DNA of 64,000 nucleotides, taken from assembly GCA_963801815.1 (NCBI GenBank), contig CAWDGJ010000002.1, positions 416,001 through 480,000 of the forward strand, given 5' to 3'. The stretch's first letter is position 1, and each line of letters opens with the position of its first letter. This document shows, piece after piece, positions 37,489 through 45,656 of this stretch. Below the pieces are notes generated by a model. The model saw only the letters and a program-made list of their open reading frames with translations. It was not told the DNA's origin and did no database searches. The translations under genes were made by a program, and so were the position numbers. The stretch is from an uncultured Verrucomicrobiae bacterium (GTDB taxonomy: Bacteria > Verrucomicrobiota > Verrucomicrobiia > Chthoniobacterales > UBA10450).

Positions 37489-37526
37489 AAAAGCGAAGGG
37501 CGCCTTCGTTTCCGAAAGCGCCCTTC
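37487..37526 (-). terminator. Intrinsic terminator of rnpB
   Basis: GAAGGGCGC...GCGCCCTTC stem with a T6 run on the minus strand. Confidence 0.8.
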
Positions 37527-37532
37527 ATATTT

Positions 37533-37936
37533 AGATGGCGGTAAGCCGAATTCTGTCGTGGATGATCATTTATCTCATTCGCCGTAGCGAACGCCCCCCG
37601 CCAAGGCGGGGTAGTGCGACGATACCCGAGGATTAACCCCGAAAGGTTTCGGGGCGGGTCGGACCGGCTGTCCTGCCTCTGTTTTGTCTTGCACCGCATG
37701 GGGTTTTTCGTGCCGCCCCGCTTACGCGGGACGCGGTGAGCTCTTACCTCGCCTTTTCACCCTTGCCTGCGCTTCTTTCAAAGAACCGGCGGTGTCTTTT
37801 CTGTGACACTTTCCGTCACCGCAATTTTTCAACCGCGGCGCCCGCGTATTTTACGCGGCATGCTGCCGTATGGTGTTCGGACTTTCCTCCAGCAAATCCC
37901 GCCAAAGCGGGATTCACCAGCGATCATCTGCCATCG
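37533..37936 (-). ncRNA. rnpB: RNase P RNA (bacterial type A)
   Basis: Conserved GAGGAAAGTCC, AGTGTCACAGAAA, GGTAAGAGC and ACAGAATTCGGCTTA; extended -10 TGCTAGAAT just upstream. Confidence 0.95.
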
Positions 37937-37974
37937 ACCGTATTCTAGCACATTCCGCGGCATTCGCAGCTGCA

Positions 37975-38649
37975 TCAGGGCGATGATTCGCCGATTTCAA
38001 TCAGGGCAAGATGGGTCCCATCCTGCGACAGTCGGAGGCGCAATGGCCATGAGCTTCTGTTGTCGACGTGGTAAGTGCACTGCAAATCGCGCGTCTCCGG
38101 ATCAAAGCTTTGGATGTACGTGGTCGGGTACTTTCGCCCTCGTTGGCCTCCCAGCTCGTTGATCCGCGAGACTTCGTCCGTTGTCAGACCGCTCTTTTCC
38201 GCGTAAAAGGAAATCGGGAACGGACCCAGATCATTGGGGAAAACCAAAGCCAGACTCTTCCAGTCCTTTTCGGCCGCCGGCCTAACGGTTTCGGTCTGGA
38301 CCGCACGTGTTCGGATGTAAAGTTGGGCCGCTGGAAGATCAATCACCACAACGAGCGGTCCGGCTTGATAAATCTGCGGCTCAACTCCGTCTGATACATC
38401 ACCAAACCATTCGATGTCAGTCGATCCGGGGGCCCGATAGCCGGCGCGCTGCGAAAAACCGTGTTCGCTGCGACCACGCGCATTTCCATCGATGATTAAC
38501 GTTCCCTGATTCGCCAGGGATATTTCCCGACGAACACTCGGCAACGGCTCGGGCAGCGACATACCGACCAAAAGCGCTACGATGGCGACAGCCGGCAACA
38601 CGACCACAATCCCGGTCACGATGATGGCTATCTTGATTTTGCGAGACAT
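37975..38649 (-). CDS. Hypothetical protein with N-terminal TM anchor
   Basis: 224-aa ORF with no recognised motif. Confidence 0.6.
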   Translation of the reverse strand: MSRKIKIAIIVTGIVVVLPAVAIVALLVGMSLPEPLPSVRREISLANQGTLIIDGNARGRSEHGFSQRAGYRAPGSTDIEWFGDVSDGVEPQIYQAGPLVVVIDLPAAQLYIRTRAVQTETVRPAAEKDWKSLALVFPNDLGPFPISFYAEKSGLTTDEVSRINELGGQRGRKYPTTYIQSFDPETRDLQCTYHVDNRSSWPLRLRLSQDGTHLALIEIGESSP

Positions 38650-38804
38650 CTGTTGTCTTCACGGCTGCAAACTTTGTACCATTGAAAGAAATCTCATTGG
38701 TTAGTCGATACTGGGTTTTTGCCGACGCCGATGAACGCATCCTTCCGCGATCACCCGCAGTTGAATTTGTTCGCGTAAGCAGCGGTCAATCTTTCGCAAA
38801 GCTT

Positions 38805-38832
38805 TTGACCAGCGGTCTGCTAATCCTATAGT
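38805..38832 (+). promoter_or_regulatory. sigma70-like promoter for redoxin-acnA
   Basis: TTGACC-16 nt-TATAGT. Confidence 0.45.
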
Positions 38833-38869
38833 GAATTTCCCCCTGTAAACTCAAACCGGAGGATTTGAT

Positions 38870-39364
38870 ATGCCACTCGCAGTTGGAACCATAGCGCCAG
38901 ACTTCACTCTCTCAACCAAGACCGCCGACGGCCCGAAGAAGGTCAAACTCAGCGACAATTTCGGGAAGAAGAACACGCTTCTCCTGTTTTTCCCCATGGC
39001 CTTCACCGGGACGTGCACCGAAGAAATGTGCAGCGCCACCAAGGAACTTCCGAACTATGGCGGACTGAACGCGGTTGTTTACGGCATCAGCGGCGACAAT
39101 CCGTTCGCGCAGGAAGCGTGGGCGAAAAAGGAAAGCATCGACGTCACGTTGTTGAGCGATTACGAGCACACAGTCGCGAAGGACTACGGCGTCGTTTACG
39201 ATTCATTCCTCCCTCAAATCAATCTCGGCATGGGCGGCGTCCCAAAACGTTCCGCCTTCGTGATCGATAAGAATGGTGTCATCCAATACACCGAGAGCAA
39301 CGACGACGCGAAACAGCTGCCGAACTTCGACAAAATTAAAGCCAGACTCGGCGAACTGAAGTGA
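38870..39364 (+). CDS. Peroxiredoxin (AhpC/TSA, AhpE/BCP-like)
   Basis: [27 protein letters not shown]. Confidence 0.88.
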   Translation: MPLAVGTIAPDFTLSTKTADGPKKVKLSDNFGKKNTLLLFFPMAFTGTCTEEMCSATKELPNYGGLNAVVYGISGDNPFAQEAWAKKESIDVTLLSDYEHTVAKDYGVVYDSFLPQINLGMGGVPKRSAFVIDKNGVIQYTESNDDAKQLPNFDKIKARLGELK

Positions 39365-42210
39365 ACGACGAATTTAAAACGCTAAAGAAGTTCGACGCTG
39401 GAAAAGACCGGGAAGGGTTTTTCCATTCCCTGCCCGCCCTGGAAGAACAAGGGGTCGGGAAAATTTCGCGCCTGCCGGTGAGCATTCGCATCGTTCTCGA
39501 ATCGGTGCTCAGAAATTGCGACGGCAAGAAAGTCAGGCCCAAAGATGTCCAGAGCCTGGCGAAGTGGAATGCCAAGAAGCCGGCCAACGAAGAAATTCCG
39601 TTCGTGGTTGCGCGAATTGTTCTCCAGGATTTCACCGGCGTGCCGCTGGTTGTCGATCTGGCCGCGATGCGCAGCGCCGTGAAACGCCTCAAGGGTGATC
39701 CAAAAATCATCGAACCCCTCGTCCCAGTCGATCTGGTGGTCGACCATTCCGTTCAGGTCGATTTCTTCGGTTCATCGCGCGCATTGCAGCTGAACCTGGA
39801 CATGGAATTCAAACGTAATCGCGAACGTTACCAGTTCTTGAAATGGGGGGCGCAAGCGTTCAAGACATTTCAGCTCATCCCGCCCGGCATCGGAATTGTT
39901 CACCAAGTTAACTTGGAATATTTGGCCAAGGGAGTTCTTTCCACCGAACTCTCAACCCTCAACTCTCGACTTTACTACCCCGACACACTCGTTGGGACTG
40001 ATTCTCACACCACCATGATCAACGGTCTCGGCGTAGTTGGCTGGGGCGTCGGTGGAATCGAAGCCGAAGCGGGAATGCTCGGTCAGCCGGTCTATTTTTT
40101 AACGCCGGAAGTCGTCGGCGTGCACATGAGCGGAAAACTAAGCGAAGGCGTGACTGCGACCGATCTCGTGCTGCACATCACCGAGATGCTGCGTGCGCAA
40201 AAAGTCGTTGGAAAGTTTGTGGAATTTTATGGCGAAGGCGCGGCGTCATTGCCGGTACCGGACCGCGCCACGATTGGCAACATGTCGCCGGAGTACGGTG
40301 CGACGATGGGATTTTTCCCGATTGATGGTGAATCAGTCGCGTATTTACGCGCGACTGGCCGCACCGAGGACCAATGCGCGGCGTTCGAAAATTATTTTCG
40401 CGCGCAAAAAATGTTCGGCATGCCACGCAAAGGCGAAATCGATTACAGCGTCGACCTCGAACTGAACCTCGCCGATGTGCAGCCAGCGGTCGCCGGGCCG
40501 AAACGGCCGCAAGACCGAATCAATCTGCCCGCGCTCGGTGAAAAGTTTCGCTCCCTGTTGAAGAAACCAGTGAAAGACGGCGGCTACGGAAAAGCGGACG
40601 CCGACCTTAACGCGAAACATCTGGTCCAACTGAACGGGAGCGCGCCGCGTGACGAACATATGCCCAACCTCGAGCCGGGCGACGAACGCAATAAGGCAGA
40701 GATGGTGACGAATAGGCCGACACCGGACACCGCGCAGGAAATTGAAGGCGCTCGTGCCGATCCGTTTCGTCATGGCCAAAGCGAGATCGGACACGGAACT
40801 GTTTTGATCGCCGCGATCACTAGTTGCACCAACACCAGCAATCCGAGCGTGATGCTGGCGGCGGGATTGCTGGCGAAAAAGGCAGTCGAGCGCGGTCTCA
40901 AGGTCGACCCTGCAGTGAAAACTTCGCTCGCCCCCGGCTCGCGTGTGGTCACCGATTATTTGGACAAGACGGGACTGCAAAAATATCTCGATCAACTTGG
41001 ATTCAATCTGGTCGGTTACGGTTGCACGACTTGCATTGGAAATTCCGGCCCGCTTCATCCGAACATCGAGAAAGCGATCAACGACTTCGATTTGGTCGCG
41101 GCGTCCGTCCTTTCGGGAAATCGGAACTTCGAAGCGCGCGTCCATCAGAACATCAAAGCGAATTTCCTGATGTCGCCGCCGCTGGTCGTCGCGTTCGCGA
41201 TTGCCGGACGCGTCGATGTCGATCTTAACAAGGAGCCGGTCGGCAAAGGGAAGGACGGGGATGTTTATTTGCGCGATCTCTGGCCATCGTTGACTGAGAT
41301 TCGGGACGCGATGCGGTCCGCGTTGAAGCCGGAAGTGTTTCGGAAGCTTTACCGCGATTTCGCCGGTCAAAACCCGAAATGGAATGAGATTCCATCGACA
41401 ACTGGCGAGGTTTATCAATGGGATGAGAAAAGCGATTACATCCAAGAACCACCGTTCTTCACGGATTTTTCGATGGAAGTCGGCAAGATCGAAAACATTC
41501 TCAATGCACGCGCTCTCGGGATCTTCGGCGATTCCGTCACAACCGATCACATTTCGCCCGCCGGCGCGATCAAAGCGACGTCGCCCGCCGGGAAATATTT
41601 GGTATCGCGCGGGATCAAGCCGGAAGATTTCAACAGTTACGGCTCGCGCCGGGGAAACGATCGAGTGATGACGCGTGGCACGTTCGCGAACGTGCGGATC
41701 AAGAATCTGATGGTGCCGGGGACGGAAGGCGGAATAACAAAGTATTTCCCAAATGGGGACGAGGGCGAGCAAATGTCGATCTTCGATGCCGCGATGAATT
41801 ACGCGGAGAGAAACGTGCCGCTGGTGATTTTGGCCGGGACGGAGTACGGCGCAGGTTCGTCGCGCGATTGGGCGGCAAAAGGAACCCGCTTGCTAGGCGT
41901 GAAAGCAGTTGTGGCGGCGAGTTTCGAACGAATTCATCGGTCAAATCTGGTCGGGATGGGCGTTTTGCCGTTGCAGTTTCAAGAAGGCACCAACGCGCAA
42001 ACACTTGGACTCGACGGTTCGGAAAAATTTTCGATTACCGGATTGTCCGACAAAATTCAGCCCGGCCAGGAACTGAAACTCGAAATTCGCAAAGGCTCGG
42101 AGTTGAGATCAGTTCCAGTGAACCTTCGCATCGATACTCCGATTGAGATCGACTACTATCGGCACGGCGGGATTCTGCAGTTCGTGCTACGACAATTGCT
42201 CTCGAAGTAG
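39361..42210 (+). CDS. acnA: Aconitate hydratase A
   Basis: [55 protein letters not shown]. Confidence 0.97.
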   Translation: MNDEFKTLKKFDAGKDREGFFHSLPALEEQGVGKISRLPVSIRIVLESVLRNCDGKKVRPKDVQSLAKWNAKKPANEEIPFVVARIVLQDFTGVPLVVDLAAMRSAVKRLKGDPKIIEPLVPVDLVVDHSVQVDFFGSSRALQLNLDMEFKRNRERYQFLKWGAQAFKTFQLIPPGIGIVHQVNLEYLAKGVLSTELSTLNSRLYYPDTLVGTDSHTTMINGLGVVGWGVGGIEAEAGMLGQPVYFLTPEVVGVHMSGKLSEGVTATDLVLHITEMLRAQKVVGKFVEFYGEGAASLPVPDRATIGNMSPEYGATMGFFPIDGESVAYLRATGRTEDQCAAFENYFRAQKMFGMPRKGEIDYSVDLELNLADVQPAVAGPKRPQDRINLPALGEKFRSLLKKPVKDGGYGKADADLNAKHLVQLNGSAPRDEHMPNLEPGDERNKAEMVTNRPTPDTAQEIEGARADPFRHGQSEIGHGTVLIAAITSCTNTSNPSVMLAAGLLAKKAVERGLKVDPAVKTSLAPGSRVVTDYLDKTGLQKYLDQLGFNLVGYGCTTCIGNSGPLHPNIEKAINDFDLVAASVLSGNRNFEARVHQNIKANFLMSPPLVVAFAIAGRVDVDLNKEPVGKGKDGDVYLRDLWPSLTEIRDAMRSALKPEVFRKLYRDFAGQNPKWNEIPSTTGEVYQWDEKSDYIQEPPFFTDFSMEVGKIENILNARALGIFGDSVTTDHISPAGAIKATSPAGKYLVSRGIKPEDFNSYGSRRGNDRVMTRGTFANVRIKNLMVPGTEGGITKYFPNGDEGEQMSIFDAAMNYAERNVPLVILAGTEYGAGSSRDWAAKGTRLLGVKAVVAASFERIHRSNLVGMGVLPLQFQEGTNAQTLGLDGSEKFSITGLSDKIQPGQELKLEIRKGSELRSVPVNLRIDTPIEIDYYRHGGILQFVLRQLLSK
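39947..39971. repeat. Heptamer repeat (CTCTCAA family) in frame inside acnA
   Basis: AA CTCTCAA CCCTCAA CTCTCGA CT; encodes ELSTLNSRL. Confidence 0.65.
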
Positions 42211-42897
42211 AACCTGAATCGGCGAACCTTCAGCGATAAACGCGGAACGCGGCGCGACCTTCAGCGTTTCGACAAATTGCTCGCCGTAAAGTGAAGCAAT
42301 ATCGGCGGCGAATTCAAAGCTGTCGGCGTTCCAAGTTTTCCAGCGAGGATGCTCAACGCGGTATTCGCTGCAACCGCCACGGAAACAAGTGTAGCCCCAG
42401 TAATGCTCAGTGATAAACTCGGCGTGCGAGCCGGCGGGAATCGCCTGCGGTTCGCCGGTCGCGGTCATTTTGATTGATTCCCACTTTCTGCCGCGTCGCC
42501 AGGAATACTCCACGCTCAATTTGAGATCCACGTGGTCGATTTGATGTTTCATTGGGACCGCTACGTAGTTTTCGCCGTAAAACGTGCGGGCGACGACCGC
42601 GATCGCACGGCGTGGAACCAGTTCACGAACAAAGACAACACCGCGGCGCCACATGTCCGCCGATTTTTTCCGCACGTAGAAGCGCAGATTTACTTCCTCA
42701 AAATCACGATGCAAGGGAACTGGAAGGCCGAGCAGGCGAGTGTCGAGAAACAGAAAACCGACCACGCTCAGAAACGTCTCACCGTTTTCGAAATCGATCT
42801 CGGTCCCGGGCGGCACCAGAGCCTCAACGAGCTTTGGATCGACCACGTAGTTGAGCATGGCGAGGTAACGCCAGTTCGCGGTGAGAAAGGGTTGCAC
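42187..42897 (-). CDS. DUF2071/YqjF-family protein
   Basis: 'FLTANWRYL', '[10 protein letters not shown]', 'FITEHYWGY', 'VEHPRW'. Confidence 0.85.
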   Translation of the reverse strand: MQPFLTANWRYLAMLNYVVDPKLVEALVPPGTEIDFENGETFLSVVGFLFLDTRLLGLPVPLHRDFEEVNLRFYVRKKSADMWRRGVVFVRELVPRRAIAVVARTFYGENYVAVPMKHQIDHVDLKLSVEYSWRRGRKWESIKMTATGEPQAIPAGSHAEFITEHYWGYTCFRGGCSEYRVEHPRWKTWNADSFEFAADIASLYGEQFVETLKVAPRSAFIAEGSPIQVLLREQLS

Positions 42898-42908
42898 CGC
42901 GGGAATAT

Positions 42909-42932
42909 GCGACGGTCATAGACCGCCGCTAC
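42909..42932 (-). repeat. GTAG REP element
   Basis: Minus strand: GTA-GCGGCGGTC-TAT-GACCGTCGC hairpin beginning with the GTAG tag. Confidence 0.7.
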
Positions 42933-42934
42933 CG

Positions 42935-45232
42935 TTAATGCAGCAACTTTTCCAGCCCAGGATCAGGCTCGGCGCCCAGCGAAATTGCGACGCTGTAGTG
43001 ATGTTTTGCCTGTTCGCGCGAGGGCGGCGACGAGGTTGCGTAGATCACCGCGAGATTGAAATGCGCGTCGGCGTAACTCGGGTTCTCATTAATCGCTTCG
43101 AGCAATTCTTTTTCGGCCGCTTCCTGCCAGCCTTTCTGGCTCGCCGTGATTCCAAGATAATTGTGGGCGGTTGGATTCTTCGAATTCAACCCGAGCGATT
43201 TGGTCAGCTCCGTCAGCGCGTTATCGAACTTTGCCTGGCGATAATAAACAATTCCGAGGGTCGTGTGAGTGAATTCGTCGTTTGGCGAAAGCGTGACCGC
43301 TTTCTTCAACGTGAGCTCGGCAGCTTTGAGCTTGCCGCTCCGGAAATAAACGACGCCGAGATTCGAGAGCGAATACAGATTGTTCGGAGTTTTGGTCAAG
43401 ATCTCCTGATAAATCTTCTCCGCGGTGCGATATTTCCCCTTGTCGAAACTTTGCTTCGCTTGCCAGGCGAGATCGACAACATCCGACGGAACGTTTGGCT
43501 TAAATATGGCGGGAACGGTGTAATCGGACGAAGTTTGCGGCGGGTTATCGGTCGACATCGTTTTCTCGGGCGCCGGCGCGGACGGTGATGTTACTCTGCT
43601 CGTAGTATTTTTCGCGAAAGTGAAGCTCGCTTTAACCGCGGCGGGATTATCGTCCGAAATGGAAACTACCGGCTGCCGCAAAAGCGCCAATTCATCGGTG
43701 GTTAACCGCGTCACTGGTTGCGCCAATAACTGGATCTGCTGGGTGAGGGTCTCCGACTTGATTTGCAGTTTCGCGAATTCGGCGAGCATCAGCTTTTTGG
43801 CCTGGTCGCGCCGCGCTTCTTCCTGACGCTCGCGAACGATGATATTGCGGAGCATTTCGTTTTCTTTGGTCAGCTTGGCCGTCTCTTCCGGAGAAGCCCC
43901 AACTAATTTGACCTGCTCAAGTTGCTTGCCTGCTTCATCGAGCTGTGAGCGTAATTGCGCGACGCTAGCTTCGTAATCCTTGTTTTGCTTCCGGCTAACG
44001 GCGAGCTGACTCTGCAGATCGACAATCTGTTTCTTAACCTCGGCCAATTCCTTTTCTTTCTTTGGCTTCTCTGCGTCGATCTCGCGCATCGTCTTCTCGG
44101 CGGTGGCCAACTTCTGCTTAAGGTTGGAATTTTCGGCGACAAGGACGTCGACTCGCTGTTGGGTGTCCTTCAAACCTTTCAATTGCGTGACCGCGTTATC
44201 GCGTTCCTTGTTCGAGTTAACAATTTTTTGTTCCGCCTCGGCGGCGCGCGCATTTGCTTCGTCCCGCTCTTTGCCCGCGAGGGAACGCTGCTGATCGGCG
44301 GCGGCCACTTTAGCATTAGCATCATCACGCTCCTTTTCCGCGGCGCTGCGGCCTTGCTGCGCCGCAGCTAGAGCTTTCTTTAGCTGATCAACTTCGCCTT
44401 TAATCGCTTCTTGCGCTTTGCTGTCTTTCGAACCGGCTTCCGCAGTCTTCTTTAACGACGTCTGCGCCAGAGCCAGTTGCTCACGAACCTGCGTTTCCGT
44501 CGTTTTTGCCTTGTCCAAATCGCCCTGGGCCTTATCGAGTTTGGATTTCGTTTCGTCGAGCCGGCCGTTCAACGATTGCTTTTCATTTTCCACCACGGTC
44601 ATTTGCGAACGCGCTTTCTGCAGCTCGGCTTCAAGTTTCGATTTCGTTTCATCAAGCCGGCTATTCAAGGATTGCTTTTCATTTTCTGCCGCTGTCATTT
44701 GGGAGCGCGCTTTCTGCAGCTCGGCTTCGAGTTGATCGACGCGATCGCGAAGCTTTGTGGTGGCCTGCTCGATGTTGATTTCGTTCGACGTTCTCGCTGG
44801 GGCCGGTTTTGGCACGGTTGATTGCGGAATTGGGGCAGCCTGCTCCTTGCTGATCTGGACGGCTGGGGCGGGATTCTGCGGCGGAACCGCGGTTTCAGTG
44901 ACCACGCCGGCTGATGCCGTGACGCTTTCCTGCGTTCCGGCCTTATCCTGAACACGGAGGATGGCTTCACTTACCTTCCGGCCGCGATATTCGACGATGG
45001 CAGGTTGCCACTCGGGGTGAGTCGTTCGCAACTGTTCGATCAGGCTGCCGGCAAAGCGATACTTGGCCAGGGCTTCTTTGAATTGATTCTCGTGCTCGAG
45101 TTTCTCGCCCTGCTGGTCTGTCATGTAAGCTTTGAGGAACGTTTCGCTTGGATCGTCCGACTCGGCAGACAGGCTTGAGAGGGTCAGGCAGAATGCCAAG
45201 ACCGCGGCAAGGGCGTAGACACATCTGTTCAT
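42935..45232 (-). CDS. Secreted long coiled-coil protein with C-terminal TPRs
   Basis: Signal peptide, about 350 aa of coiled coil, TPRs (NLGVVY, TLGIVY, NYLGI, FNLAVIY). Confidence 0.8.
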   Translation of the reverse strand: MNRCVYALAAVLAFCLTLSSLSAESDDPSETFLKAYMTDQQGEKLEHENQFKEALAKYRFAGSLIEQLRTTHPEWQPAIVEYRGRKVSEAILRVQDKAGTQESVTASAGVVTETAVPPQNPAPAVQISKEQAAPIPQSTVPKPAPARTSNEINIEQATTKLRDRVDQLEAELQKARSQMTAAENEKQSLNSRLDETKSKLEAELQKARSQMTVVENEKQSLNGRLDETKSKLDKAQGDLDKAKTTETQVREQLALAQTSLKKTAEAGSKDSKAQEAIKGEVDQLKKALAAAQQGRSAAEKERDDANAKVAAADQQRSLAGKERDEANARAAEAEQKIVNSNKERDNAVTQLKGLKDTQQRVDVLVAENSNLKQKLATAEKTMREIDAEKPKKEKELAEVKKQIVDLQSQLAVSRKQNKDYEASVAQLRSQLDEAGKQLEQVKLVGASPEETAKLTKENEMLRNIIVRERQEEARRDQAKKLMLAEFAKLQIKSETLTQQIQLLAQPVTRLTTDELALLRQPVVSISDDNPAAVKASFTFAKNTTSRVTSPSAPAPEKTMSTDNPPQTSSDYTVPAIFKPNVPSDVVDLAWQAKQSFDKGKYRTAEKIYQEILTKTPNNLYSLSNLGVVYFRSGKLKAAELTLKKAVTLSPNDEFTHTTLGIVYYRQAKFDNALTELTKSLGLNSKNPTAHNYLGITASQKGWQEAAEKELLEAINENPSYADAHFNLAVIYATSSPPSREQAKHHYSVAISLGAEPDPGLEKLLH
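44538..44732. repeat. 96-bp (32-aa) tandem duplication within the coiled coil
   Basis: LEAELQKARSQMT(AA/VV)ENEKQSLN(S/G)RLDETKSK twice. Confidence 0.9.
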
Positions 45233-45344
45233 GCGGGGGAGCGCGCCGATCCTAGCAAAAGGCGCATCGGTTGCAACGAAACGATGGGGCATCAGACCCA
45301 AAGGAAGCGGAGATTGTGCCACGCGCGTGAAGTTCTAGCGGCGT

Positions 45345-45372
45345 TTGCAATCGCGCGTCTAAAAACTAGAAT
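45345..45372 (+). promoter_or_regulatory. sigma70-like promoter of the tRNA pair
   Basis: TTGCAA-16 nt-TAGAAT. Confidence 0.55.
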
Positions 45373-45385
45373 CTCAGTCCGCGAT

Positions 45386-45458
45386 GGTGGTCGTAGCTCA
45401 ATGGTAGAGCCCCAGATTGTGGTTCTGGTTGTTGCGGGTTCGAGTCCCGTCGACCACC
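45386..45458 (+). tRNA. tRNA-His(GTG)
   Basis: Cloverleaf with encoded G-1; anticodon arm CCAGA-TTGTGGT-TCTGG; C73; CCA not encoded. Confidence 0.95.
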
Positions 45459-45466
45459 CGGCTTCG

Positions 45467-45543
45467 CAAACTCCAAATCCCAAACTCCAGGCTCCAAAGC
45501 TTTCTTAATCGACTTTGGGATTTGGAAATTGGAGCTTGGGATT
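45467..45543. repeat. Heptamer tandem-inverted repeat in the tRNA spacer
   Basis: CAAACTC CAAATCC CAAACTC CAGGCTC CAAA ... TTTGGGA TTTGGAA ATTGGAG CTTGGGA TT. Confidence 0.8.
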
Positions 45544-45552
45544 GTTAAAGTT

Positions 45553-45626
45553 GTGTCTGTAGCTCAACCGGATAGAGCATCTGGCTTCGGACCAGAAGGT
45601 TGGGGGTTCGAATCCCTCCAGACACG
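45553..45626 (+). tRNA. tRNA-Arg(TCG)
   Basis: Acceptor stem GTGTCTG/CAGACAC; anticodon arm TCTGG-CTTCGGA-CCAGA; T-loop TTCGAAT. Confidence 0.95.
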
Positions 45627-45656
45627 CATTTCGTTCACGTTTCCAAGGCTGTCGCA

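Noticed and set aside
37736..38162. Short ORFs overlapping rnpB
   Set aside because: The region is explained by RNase P RNA on the minus strand.
40345..41772. 475-aa antisense ORF inside acnA
   Set aside because: Mirror-frame ORF typical of GC-rich codon usage; no motifs.
45308..45323. Possible sigma-54 promoter TGGCAC-AATCT-CCGC on the minus strand
   Set aside because: GG-N10-GC spacing fits, but the -12 element lacks the TT; too weak without TSS data.
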